Part shown: in pieces, positions 52,915 through 64,000 of the stretch
How positions within the stretch are numbered: position 1 is the stretch's first letter
Layout of the letters: every line of letters begins with the position of its first letter
Origin: Octopus sinensis
Lineage: Eukaryota
Reading direction: 5' to 3'
Assembly: GCF_006345805.1 (NCBI RefSeq)
Contig: NC_043005.1
Location: forward strand, 32,736,001-32,800,000
DNA length: 64,000 nt
Program-made: the position numbers and the translations under genes
The notes under the pieces: model-generated
What the model was told of the DNA's origin: nothing
The model's input: only the letters and a program-made list of their open reading frames with translations
Databases searched by the model: none

Positions 52915-55900
52915 GATAGTGATGGTGGGACATATTACTCTAGAGAAAAATAAATGATAATTGGTCAATTCCTAAAACTAAGAATTAACAGTTCTTATTT
53001 TTGGGAACTAATTTACAAGTTAGAAGTGGAAGTCCTTCTAGTTCTTGTATGAGTGTAGCACATGATGTAATTTGTGTATATAATGTATGATCTATTATTA
53101 TGTTCTATTTTGTTTCACTCATTGGACTGTAGCCATGCTGAGGCACTGCCATGAAGGGTTTAGTACTTATTTTGTTTTTAAGCCTGGTACTTATTCTGTT
53201 GGTTCATTTTGCTGAGCCACTAAGTTATGAGGACATAAACAAACCAGCACCAGTTGTCAAGCAGTGATGGAGGACAAACACAAAGACATGCACACACACA
53301 CATATAATGACAGGCTTCTTTCAATTTCCAGTTACCAAATCCACTCACAAGGCTTTGGTAGAAGACACTTGCCCAAGGTGTCATGCTGAAGGACTGAACC
53401 CAGAATCATGTGGTTGAGAGGCAAACTACTTATCACAAACCCACACCTGAGCCTATGCTATTTATGTGTATATAACATGAGATGTAATGTGTGTATAATG
53501 TGATGAAAAATTAGTAATTTATTTCCTACTTCTATGATAAAATCAAATGCTTGATGTTTTGTAGTCAGATGTTTCCATCCCCTGCAGGGATCAGAACAAT
53601 TGGTTTTCAGCTTTCAGATAAAGGGGAAGGGTAGGGGTGGGTAAAGATTCAGGTCACTGTATATTTGTCCAGAGATGTAGCAGTAAAAGTGGAATAAAAC
53701 ACCCTGCCATCTTTGAAATAATTTCTTGAAACCAGGAACAAAGTAGACCTTTGCTAGGATAATGGTGCCATCATAAGAATCAATTCCAGTATATTACTGG
53801 TAGTTATTTTGTCAACATTTTATTAGGTGTGAGTGAAAATGCGAGTCTCTGTCTAGGTACTCCAATATTTCCATTCACATCTAGGAGGCTTCATTGGAAT
53901 ATAAATTGATACCAGCATATGACTGGCATTTCAGTAAAGTTTGAGCTTCCAATATAACGGGTTAAAACCAAATAAAATAAAGAAATTTGTCCAGCTGGCT
54001 TCTTGTTTCAATCAAAATAGTTTCTGATATGGTTGCAAATATGTAGGGAAGAAGCATATGTTTGTATGTGTATTAACGCTTGGTTTTATGTCAAGTTGTT
54101 ATACATAAAAACAATTTAACCTGAAATTGAAGGATCACTCAATACTTTTTGTAGAGTTCAGGTTTGTTATTAAATTTTTGCAAGGAAAAGGTTGACTATG
54201 ATTTGGAAGTTATTTCAGCTTGCTTGCCTTTGTCAAACAGTCGAATAAAAGTAAGCAAGCCAAAACTACTTTGAAGTAAATGCAAAAGTTTTAATAAGCA
54301 CACACATACGTGTGTGTGTGTGTGTGTGCTTATTTAAACTTATTATTATTAAAACTTATTGAAACCCACACGCACATGTGTGTTTGTTTGCATGTATGTA
54401 TGTTTAATTCTGTATGGATGAAACAAAATCAACATCTAAGTAGTTTTCTTTTTTCAACTCAGAAATACATGAAGAAGCTAAATATTATGAAACATACTGC
54501 GATTCCTGCAGAAGACAATTCACTCACTCAAATGATGAAGACATAAATAACTCCAAATAATGTTGCAATAGAAATCTTTACTATCTAAATATCATCTCTA
54601 TTTAATCTCTTTCTCCTATAATTTACATCTCTTTTTCATTTCTATTTATTATGAAATATTTGGGTTTTTCTTAATTTCTTTTGAGATTATTCCAATATTT
54701 ATTTACGATATCAAGCTTCATTTGTCAGTGTGCTAGCAACAAAAATATGTGTGAAATTCCTTTGCAAAACTTTAACTACTAAATATAATTGAATTAATGA
54801 AATTTAATCCAACAGAAATGTGGAGTGGAAGGAAACACATTTTGACAATTTTTGATGAACAGAAAAACAAACCAATGAAAAAATATATTGATTTATGAAA
54901 TTAATGAATGAAATAAATGAATAAATAAAGTAGATTTTGCTCTATTTTCTTGATTGTGGTTATATGTAAATCACTAAAGATACTCACACATGCATACATA
55001 TACAAACACACACACAACAAAACACGATTTTTGTATTTCAGAATATTATTGTATTTCTTCTTTTGAATTTTTAATACATATACTTATATACATTTACACA
55101 CACACACGTATATACACATCATTATTTAACATTTGCTTTCCATGCTGGCATGGGTTGAACGGTTTGATAGGAGGTCGTGCACTAGAGGACTATACAGACT
55201 TCTGAGATATAATCATCAGCAAAGTGTATAAGTGATGTGGTGGCTTGTTGTTGGTGGTGGGGCATCCAACATTATAAAGGGTGAGAATGAATGGGAGGTC
55301 TGAGAGAAAGAGGACAGGAATGGAGCAATAGACAGGCAAGAGTGGAGAGAAATCCTGAATCCTTAAAGAAGAGGTGTAGGGGTTGGTGGAGATAGGTCAG
55401 AGTGGGGAGAGATAAGGATAGATTGTGAGGAGGTGGAAAAGCTGCGGGGGGGGAGGGGGGATAAAATTAGTGAGAGAGAAATGAGAGTGAGAGTGTAAGA
55501 AGAGTGGGTGAGTGCAGAGAGAGAGAGAGAGAGAGAGAGAATTTAGAGGTGCTGGAGAGTGGCATACGTGTAAGGGAAAGAGAATTCAGTGAAAAAATCC
55601 AAACAGGGGAGGCAGTGGAAAGAGGATGGTGAGAGAAAAGGGTATGGAGAAGCAGTAAATGGGGGCAATAAGTGCAGTAAGGTCAAAAGAAAGGGCTTAG
55701 AGAGTATTCCAGAGATAAGAAGAGGTGTTGGATGGCAGTGAAGGTAACCTGGGAGAGACTGTGCTGGCTGTTCATTAGCAGGATGGAGGGGGGGCGACGA
55801 GTGAGGATGAAGTGGCAATCATAGAGGTGTTTTGAGTTTAGTGAAATCATGTGGCACCTTAGACAGGTGTCTTTGACTATAGCCCTGGGTTAAGAAATCC

Positions 55901-55974
55901 TTGTGAATGGATTTGGCAGACAAAAACTGAGAGAGGCTTATATATTTCTCTGTCTCTTTCTCTCTCTCTCTCAA

Positions 55975-56959
55975 ATGTGAATGCTTCACACACAGCACAC
56001 AGCTGTTCTTGCAGAATCGAAGCCCATTCCTGATGCAGTTTTGCCTTCAGAGCATTGAGTGAAGTATGAGATGTGCTCAAGACCCTTGCCTGGGTTCAGA
56101 TTGCGGCTTCTTGAGGACCATACATCCTTGACTATGAAGGACAGAATGTTTTTCTGAATCCAGGTGTGCCTTGAAAGTGCTCATTTGCCCATGGAAGCAG
56201 TTCAGCTTCCAGAATGTTGTTAATGTATCACTGGGTGTTAATTCTAATACTCGAAAGCACAAAAATGAGGAGAGACATTTCAGTGGGTGTCACAGCTGCC
56301 CAAACCATAACTGCTGTGAATTTTTATGAGTCTGCCCTTGACAGAGCTTGATACACTCCAAAGCTTGTCATTCTGGTGGTTTACTATCTGTTTGATGTCA
56401 AATTTCTTTACATCAGTGAATCTGACACAGGATAAGATGACTTCACTCCAATCTCATGGCTTTATAAACTTGCATGAGCTCATGATGGCAGATCTTCTTG
56501 TAGGGGTGGGTTCTGAGATCCTCCTTCAGCACTTGATACATCGATATTGAACTTATTTTTGCTGTAGTAGCCAGTCTTCTGATGGAACGAGGAGGATTTT
56601 GCTGTATCTTTTCTCTGGAATTTTTGATAAGCTGAGGGGTCTGCATACTTCTTTTTTGGCCACGTCCAGGTCAATCAGTGGTGGACCAGTCTCTTGAGAT
56701 TTCTTGATGATTTTCCAGACTGTTGTTCGGTTAATTTAAGCTTTTTTGCCATAGCTGAATTACTTTCACCTCCTTTGTGGAAGGTTATGATTGTATTTCG
56801 GTCTATAGCTTTTTTTTTTAATAAATCTGAATTTGTTTAGTCTGAAACAAAAAGAAGACACTAAGCTTTTATAATGTTGTATAATTTTCATATCTTATCA
56901 CATTTGTTGATAATTATTAAAGCTTGAAACTTCAGTTGTCTTAACTTCAGGACAACCTG
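55975..56959 (-). mobile_element. Tc1/mariner maT-like (DD37D-type) transposase pseudogene with 5' TIR
   Basis: HTH region TPQLIKNSREKIQQNPPRSIRRLA..VLKEDL (ORF 56443..56646); FTDVKKFDIKQIVNHQNDKLWS; AVMVWAAVT; SHTSLNALKAKLHQEWASI. Terminus reads TA-CAGGTTGTCCTGAAGTTAAG on the minus strand. Subfamily assignment is tentative because the spacing is frameshifted. Confidence 0.8.
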
Positions 56960-57996
56960 TATATGTGTGTGTGTGCGTGCATATGTTTGCATTTCCTTGT
57001 CTTCATATTCCTCAATAGTTATGAAGACATTCTAGAAGCAGTGTTGTTTGGTTCCCATCTCCATATAAACATGTCCAACCATGTGGAAATATTACCTTGT
57101 TTGAAAACAAGTGGGGTTGGTGGCAGGAAGGACATCTGGCTGTAGAAAATCTGCCTCAATGAATCCTGTCTGTCTCATGCAAGCATGAAAAAGTGAACAT
57201 GAAGATGATAATATGCATCATTTGTGTGTGTGTGTGTGTAATTTACACATACATACAAACATGTGTATTAAGCAGACATTGGAGTTTGATAAAGTCCTCT
57301 TGCATGGTTGGATACCGTCAAACTGTCCAACCATGCCAGTATAGAAGACAGACACTAAATGGTGATGATTGAAATATACATATGTACATACATACATACA
57401 TACATACATACACACACTCACACACACACACACATACATACATACATACATAATGCATACATATATATGTATGTATTATATATGAGCGTGTGTGTATTTA
57501 TAGACATACACACATATATACATATATATTTGTATTTGAATATACATGTTTTTCCAAGATAAGCTCATAGGAGCAAAACAGTAGTATTCTTTTTATGATT
57601 GACTCTAATTTTTTATCACTTATGTACATAGATATGTGTGAATATGTGTAGTGAGTGTGCGGAGGTGTTTGTATAGTCTGTTTGTGAGAATGTGTATATA
57701 TCTGTGTTGTGTATGTTTATGTGTTTGCATGTATAATTTTTTATTTTCTTAGCTGACTATGAACGTTACTCAAGGGACTACAGTTTCATACTAGAGCTGT
57801 TATCAAACTGAAGAAAGCAATGGTTTCTTACTTACAACAAGAACTAAAATATGCTCTTAAAAAAACATCTATTTCACATGATTGCAACACACAAATTTGA
57901 AAACTGTCTCTCATAATTGAATGTATAATTGACATGGATTACATATGTATGGGTGTGCTTGTGGAAAGTTTGCTTGCATATCTATTTTGTCTGTGT

Positions 57997-58050
<54 letters not shown>

Positions 58051-59219
58051 ACATGTACAAAGCACTTGGCCCTTGAGTCACTTTTGTCACTTTCTGCTGA
58101 TTAAAAATAATAAAAATACATATACATCTTCATGTACTGAGTTCTATTTCTCTTCTTTGTTCTGAAAACTGCTGTATCTTTCATCTTTTACTTGCTTGAG
58201 TCATTGGACTGCAGCCATGCTGGGCTCAGCCTTGAAGCTTTAGTCAAAGAAATTGACCACAGTACTTATTTTTCTTAAGTGTGATATTTATACTATCAAC
58301 TTTCTTTTGACAAACTGCCAAGTCACAGGGATATAAACAAACCAATACCAGGTGTCAATCGGTGGTGAGGGACAAAAAACTCCTCACACACACACACATA
58401 CATACATACACACACACATATATGCCAGGCTTCTATCAGTTTCCATCTACTAAAGTAAATGACAAGGCTTTTCTCAGACTGGCACTATAGTGGAAAACAC
58501 TTGCCCTGGATGCCATGCAGTGGGACTGAACCTGAAATGATGAGGCTGGGAAGGAGACAGTAGAGAGATTTGTGGGTTGGTGTGGCAAGGAAAACAGAGA
58601 AACATGCAAAGTATAAAAGAAAAACATGCAAACTATTAAAAAAATGCATATATACATTGCAGCAGGAATATTTGGCAACCACAAACAGCTGGAGTCAAAA
58701 CCAGATTGCTAAGTTTCACAATCAGGATTTGTGTTGGAGATCAGTGATGTCAGCAGTCATTTAGCCAATCTGATCCCAAGCAGATATCACTGTATCAGCA
58801 CCAATGCAATTTGCTCAAATACTGATAGCATCATTAAAAAAAAAAACTGACCATTTAGACATCTGATAACTATTTGGACATATGATTAACACATTATTTT
58901 TCATGCCACTTTTTTCTTGGACAGATAAACTATAAATAGAGCTATTTCACAGCTAGCAGGCAGTGAATCTGTTATGCTGCTAGACATAACCACTCACTTT
59001 CCTGCTTTATTAATGCTGTGAATATATTTTCAGTCATTCATTGTAACAACATTTATTTGCCCTGTAGGTGTGTTTCATATTTATGCTTTGTATATTATAT
59101 AGACCTAGTCACTTGTATAGTGAATCAGTGTTATACAGGAATACCCCAGGGTCACACCCAGTGACTGGTAACTACTACAAGGAGATGCCTTAGACAGAAG
59201 TATTTACAGAAACATCAAA

Positions 59220-59420
59220 TTGCTTGACCAAGTCATGAAAGTTACAGGAAGAGTTTATAGCCCGATTAATTAGAAACAGAATTAGACTAGATGAGAGACT
59301 GTTTGGTTTTGTATTGGAGAGAAGTACTACTGATACTCATTGTACTTGACAAAACATTGACTTGGAGAAAGTCCTTTATAGAGTCTCTTGCTCTGTGATA
59401 TGGTGGTTTCTGAGGAAGCA
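59220..59420 (+). mobile_element. Short RTE RT fragment
   Basis: LDQVMKVTGR..IRLDERLFGFVLERSTTD..DLEKVLYRVSCSVIWWFLRK. Confidence 0.7.
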
Positions 59421-60451
59421 AAACAGGTGGCTGGGTTGGCTGATGAAAGTAGTGTTTCCAAATATTTCAAATGATGACTTTAGATTTAGTTATTATCTAA
59501 ATACTCTCTTATGTAAATGTTTTGGTGATATAGATCCAGTAGAAACCTATTTAATAAGGAATCACTTAATTAGCTCTTTAATCCCTAATTAGGAATTTTC
59601 TTCATAGTTCCTATTCAGTTTGTGTGCTTTGGACTGTGGCCATGCTGGGGCACCACCTTGATGGGTTTAGCTGAACAAATCAACCTCAGTACTTTTTTTT
59701 AAAATTTGGTACTTATTATGTTGGTCTCTTTTACCAAACCATTAAGTTACATGGATGTAAACAAACCAACACGTTGTCAAGCAGTAGTTGGGTCCCCCCC
59801 CCCCCAACACACACACATCATAAACTTCCACACAGTTTCAATCTACCACATTCACTCACAAGGCATTGGTGAGCTATAGCAGAAAACACTTGCCCTAGAT
59901 GCCATGTGGGACTGAACCTGAAACCATGTGGTTGCAAATTGATCTTCTTAACCACATCATATTTATTATCTTGAGGCTTGGTGGTCACCACTAATGCAAT
60001 TTCTCTCCTTTACCAACCATCTTCAGGTATTTCTTTCTTGATTAAGAGGAATTTGTTGATGGTTAGACACCATTTTAAGAAGTTGGTATGTACATCTTTG
60101 GAGCTCTGTTTTGACTGAGTTCCTATGCAGGTAATTTTTTTCATTTCTTTAAGTTAAGATCACGATTAAAAAAGAAAATCTCATTCTGCGTGAGTATTGC
60201 CACATGGAATGGAAAAGGTACAAGAACTCATCTTCAAGACACCTCAAATTTATTGAATAGTTTCAGACAATGCTCTGTACTTTGGCTACCAACTGCTCTC
60301 AGAAATATCTGTAATTGGTTTTTCAATTACATATTCTTCATATAATTCATTTAAACCAATATTTTAGTGCTTACAGATGTTGATGGCATCAAAGAATTAT
60401 TTAAAAATTATGATGCTGGTTTAGATAAGTCCTTTACTCTTCTCACAAGTT

Positions 60452-61170
60452 TATAGCAATAACCATGAATAATGAGAAAGATTAAGACATTAATTAAATA
60501 AATGAGAGTCATGAGGCAAGGATCTGAATAAAGTGTCTATATACATCTCAATTTATTTTATATTTCAGTCATTAGTTTCAGTACTGAAATAATGCTGAAT
60601 GATTTAGTTTCTTGTAATTCCTTGATGTCTAAGACCAACTGAAGAATGTGACCAAGGAGGAAAATATATAAACTTCTGATGATTAAACAATTATCTTCCA
60701 AAGCACTTCTACAGTGACATGGGGTGTTCCTTTCTCCCCCAGATTCTGGAACTAATCTCTACAAATTCTCACTACAGAAGTATTCTGCCAGTAGATAACA
60801 TCTTGTCACATGGTATTACAGCATTTACAATAATAAATATCCACAAATTCAGTCTTTTAATTATTATCCTCTTGACTGGGTCACTGAAATTGCAGTTTAT
60901 TTTAAGCCTAATATTTTCAACATCATATTCCAGTTTTTCTATAAAAAAATTTATTGCATTTACCAAATATAGGTTGGACAATATGTAGAAATAAGATTCT
61001 TATGAGTTATTTTTAGCCTTTGATTTCAAGCCTTGTATTTTCTTAAGTTACATTCCACATAAGGCAAGTACTGAGGTGTATATAGACACTTTATTCAGAT
61101 CCTTGCCTCATGTCTCTCATTTATTTAATTAACACCTTAATCTTTCTCATTATTCATGGTTATTGCTATA
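60452..61170. mobile_element. 719-bp element with 99-bp terminal inverted repeats
   Basis: 60452-60550 and 61072-61170 are reverse complements with 5 mismatches (94/99, counted by hand). Both ends are TATAGCAATAACC. Confidence 0.8.
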
Positions 61171-61517
61171 GAAGTAACATAACATGTGGTGTTTCCTTCT
61201 CAAAAATGAAAGGAATTTAGAAATATTGGAAAATGCTTTTTTTGCCTCTTTGAAGAACCAACCATAATTTAATGTCCAGTTTTCCACGCTTGCATGAGTC
61301 AGATGGAATTTGATGACGACAGATGACTTTCCTCTTGCCAGCCTTCATCTGCAATATAAGGTAATATAAGTAGGGTAATATTTCCTCCTGGCCAGATGTA
61401 TTTTTCCACAGAAGACTGGAAACAAACAACATCACTTGAATGGTAGTAATGCTCATTTTCAACCATCACGCGATGTCAAGACAAGGGTACATGCAAATAC
61501 ACACACGCACACACACA

Positions 61518-61573
<56 letters not shown>

Positions 61574-62880
61574 GAGATTCTTTCAGTTTCTGTCTACCAT
61601 AATCCATTCATAATGCTTTGATAGCTCAGGGCTATTGTAGGAGACACTAAAGGTGCCATGCAGTGGGACTGAACCCAAGACCACATAGTTTGAAAACTAG
61701 CTTCTTGATTACATAGCCATGCTTGTACCTATATTCTTTGATATATACTCTACATATTTTTGTGCAGAATATGGTGGCAGATTAGTTTCATAAAGAATTT
61801 TTCCTTCTTGCTAAGCTTTTCCCTTTCAATAAATCGTAGCATCAACTTTTACTTAGCAAGCTGTATAAAAAATTATATTTTGCAACCTGCTACACTTTAC
61901 ACAGTTCTGCAAACAAGATTTTGTTATCTTGAGTTGATCAAACTGGAGAGAGATATCATAACAATGATGATAAACTAGCAATATGAGTTTTATCTATACA
62001 TTCATCTGTGGTAGTAGGTTGTTCAATTTCCCTTTCTGCCAATTTCACTTCACAATAGCACAGTGTTCAAAGATATGGAAGTTAATATTTTCTACTTTTA
62101 TTAATAAAACCAAATACTCAGACCCATTTATGGTTTAAATGCACTTTTAGTTTTAGGCATTACTCCTTTAGGAGGCATGCTGGCAGAATCATTATGATGC
62201 TAGACAAAATGCTTCATGACATTTCTTCCAGCTCCTTGCATTCTGAGTTGAAATTCTTCCAAGGTTAACTTTGCTTTCATCCTTGTCAGAAGTTAATAAT
62301 AATTGCTAGTTGAGCACTGCAGTTGATATAATCAACTAACCACTTCCCAACCAAAAAATTGCTGACCTCATGCCATGACTTTAAAATCATTATCTGTTTA
62401 GGGGTTTGAAAAAGAAAAACAGGAACAAAAGAAAGAAAATCCCGCCCTCACCCTCATTCTACTGTGACTTTCTTCTCCTGTCTTGACAACATGAGGTGAA
62501 CACTGGCAGCAAACTAGCTGGAAAAAGAAAGCAAAAGAAAAGCCATAATATAATAAGCTATTTGTGTTTTAATTAAATTTTATAAAATTATATTTTACCT
62601 CATTTTGATTAATTTTCAATTATAAAGGTAACAAACTTCTGAAAGATAAGATTTTCACTGTTTTAAGGATATCTGAGGTATTTTCTATAACTTTTATCTT
62701 TGATAACATGGTAATAAAACATTTTTTAAAATTAATATAATGTGGCTTAAGTATACTTGTATAAAATAAACCCTAAACTTTTTAAGGGCAATAAAATTCA
62801 ATACAACCTTAGTAAGCTTGTATTTACCCAGATTGAAATCCTGTTAACATCAATTGAACAGAACTTTCTTTAAATGCATC

Positions 62881-63108
62881 AAACCCTTTTGTTACTGTAT
62901 TTATTTTGAGATGCTCTGTGTTTCTTTCAATTACTTTAAATATAACAAAGAATTTAGTTAAATAACTTAGTTTTTATTCAGCTAGTGTTAGGGACATAAA
63001 TTGTGACTAAGGTTTGGTGGAAGATTTTTAATTCAAAACTTAGGAAAACAAGACATTTGTACTCAGAGCCAGAGCTGGTTTCAGCCGAGTTGGTAATGAA
63101 AGGGTTAA
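62881..63108. mobile_element. TTAACCCTTT-type MITE
   Basis: AACCCTTTTGTTAC (62882-62895) versus GTAATGAAAGGGTTAA (63093-63108), 12/14 inverted match. Confidence 0.7.
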
Positions 63109-63237
63109 TGGATTATTTTGTTTTATTTTACTAAACTTAATTTGACATTAATTCTGTTATATAGAAAATAACTTAATTCAATAGATAATATCAATTAAAT
63201 TTTTCTTCTGTAGAAAAAAATGTTTCTAGTCTGTGGT

Positions 63238-63900
63238 TCATCATCATCACTTAAAGCTCATTTTCCATGCTGGCATAGGTTGAACGGTTTAACCAGAGTT
63301 GGCAAGCTGCACCAGACTCTAGTCTGTTGTGGCATAGTTTCTACAGTTGGATGTCCTTCCTAATGCCAACCACTTTACAGAGCTTGCTGGATACTTTTAC
63401 ATGGCACTGCACAAGCACTTTACGTGGGACTGGCACAAGTGTTTTTTTATGTGGTACTGGCACTAGACTCTGGCAGACCAATCCTCTTCACCACTTCTGC
63501 TGTGGAGCACAGAGCTTCTTGAGTACAGCAAGATGCCAGGCATCTCGGTTATTTGTCATCTCGCCTGAAAGGTTCAGTGTCCGGAGGTCAACCTTCAGTA
63601 CTTTGCCCCATGTCTTCCTGGATCTACTTTGAGAGATCAGTACTTCTTGGTGGAGCTGTCAGTATCCATCTGCATCACATGACCAAACCAGTGCAGTCTT
63701 CTCTCTTGTTCACTGCATCTAATTCCTCTTATGCCTAGCTTCTCTCTCAATACACTGGCATTCTGTTGAACATGGATACTTATATTACATATCCAACAGA
63801 GCATACTAGCCTCATTTCTTTCTAATCTTCGCATGTTCTCTGCACTCATGGCTAACATCTCACTACCATGTAGAGATGCTGTCCATATACATGCATCATG
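63238..63900 (-). mobile_element. Third RTE LINE 3' fragment
   Basis: ORF 63637..63858 reads RRLERNEASMLCWICN..LHWFGHVMQMD. 3' UTR and (GAT)n tail at about 63238-63250. Confidence 0.85.
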
Positions 63901-64000
63901 CGTGGCTTAAGGGCTAGGGTATTCGTCTCACAATCATAAGGTTGTGAGTTCGATTCCTGGTCATGTGTTGTGTCCTTGAGCAAGACACTTTATTTCACGT
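63901..64000 (+). mobile_element. tRNA-derived SINE head (runs off the window)
   Basis: GTGGCTTAAGGG..GAGTTCGATTCC B-box, then GTGTCCTTGAGCAAGACACTT. Confidence 0.65.

Noticed and set aside
38400-64000. A second host gene downstream of MRTF
   Set aside because: No ORF or exon chain with recognisable host-protein similarity. Everything identifiable is transposon-derived, though tiny exons cannot be excluded.

Overview
AT-rich, repeat-dense animal genomic DNA. The SINE/LINE/MITE families match my recollection of octopus genomes, so an octopod cephalopod is my inference (not database-checked). The only host gene I can support is a + strand myocardin-related transcription factor (MRTF/MKL/MYOCD family). 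Six exons (11169-11244, 14517-14678, 26240-28745, 31329-31530, 34284-34455, 35247-35944) splice with consistent phases into 3816 nt (1271 aa + stop). The protein has RPEL2, RPEL3, basic B1, Q-rich, SAP, leucine zipper, PPxY, the MDDxLEILIxxGE box and an acidic DWL activation tail. I could not find the start/RPEL1 exons, so they probably lie upstream of the window. The rest is intron, a probable long 3' UTR and about 26 kb with no recognisable gene. That DNA is filled with decayed RTE, R4/Dong, Tx1/L1 and Penelope retroelements, three different Tc1/mariner relics, hAT- and TTAA-type MITEs, three tRNA-derived SINE families and microsatellites. I see no CRISPR, rRNA, true tRNA or wholly new multi-gene system. 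The best leads are an unusual 11-copy Ser-Pro nonamer array in MRTF, a candidate 42-nt cassette exon right after RPEL3, retroelements that appear to target each other's microsatellite tails, and long intronic inverted repeats that could be ADAR substrates. All alignments were by eye, and repeat boundaries are approximate unless a TSD/TIR is given.
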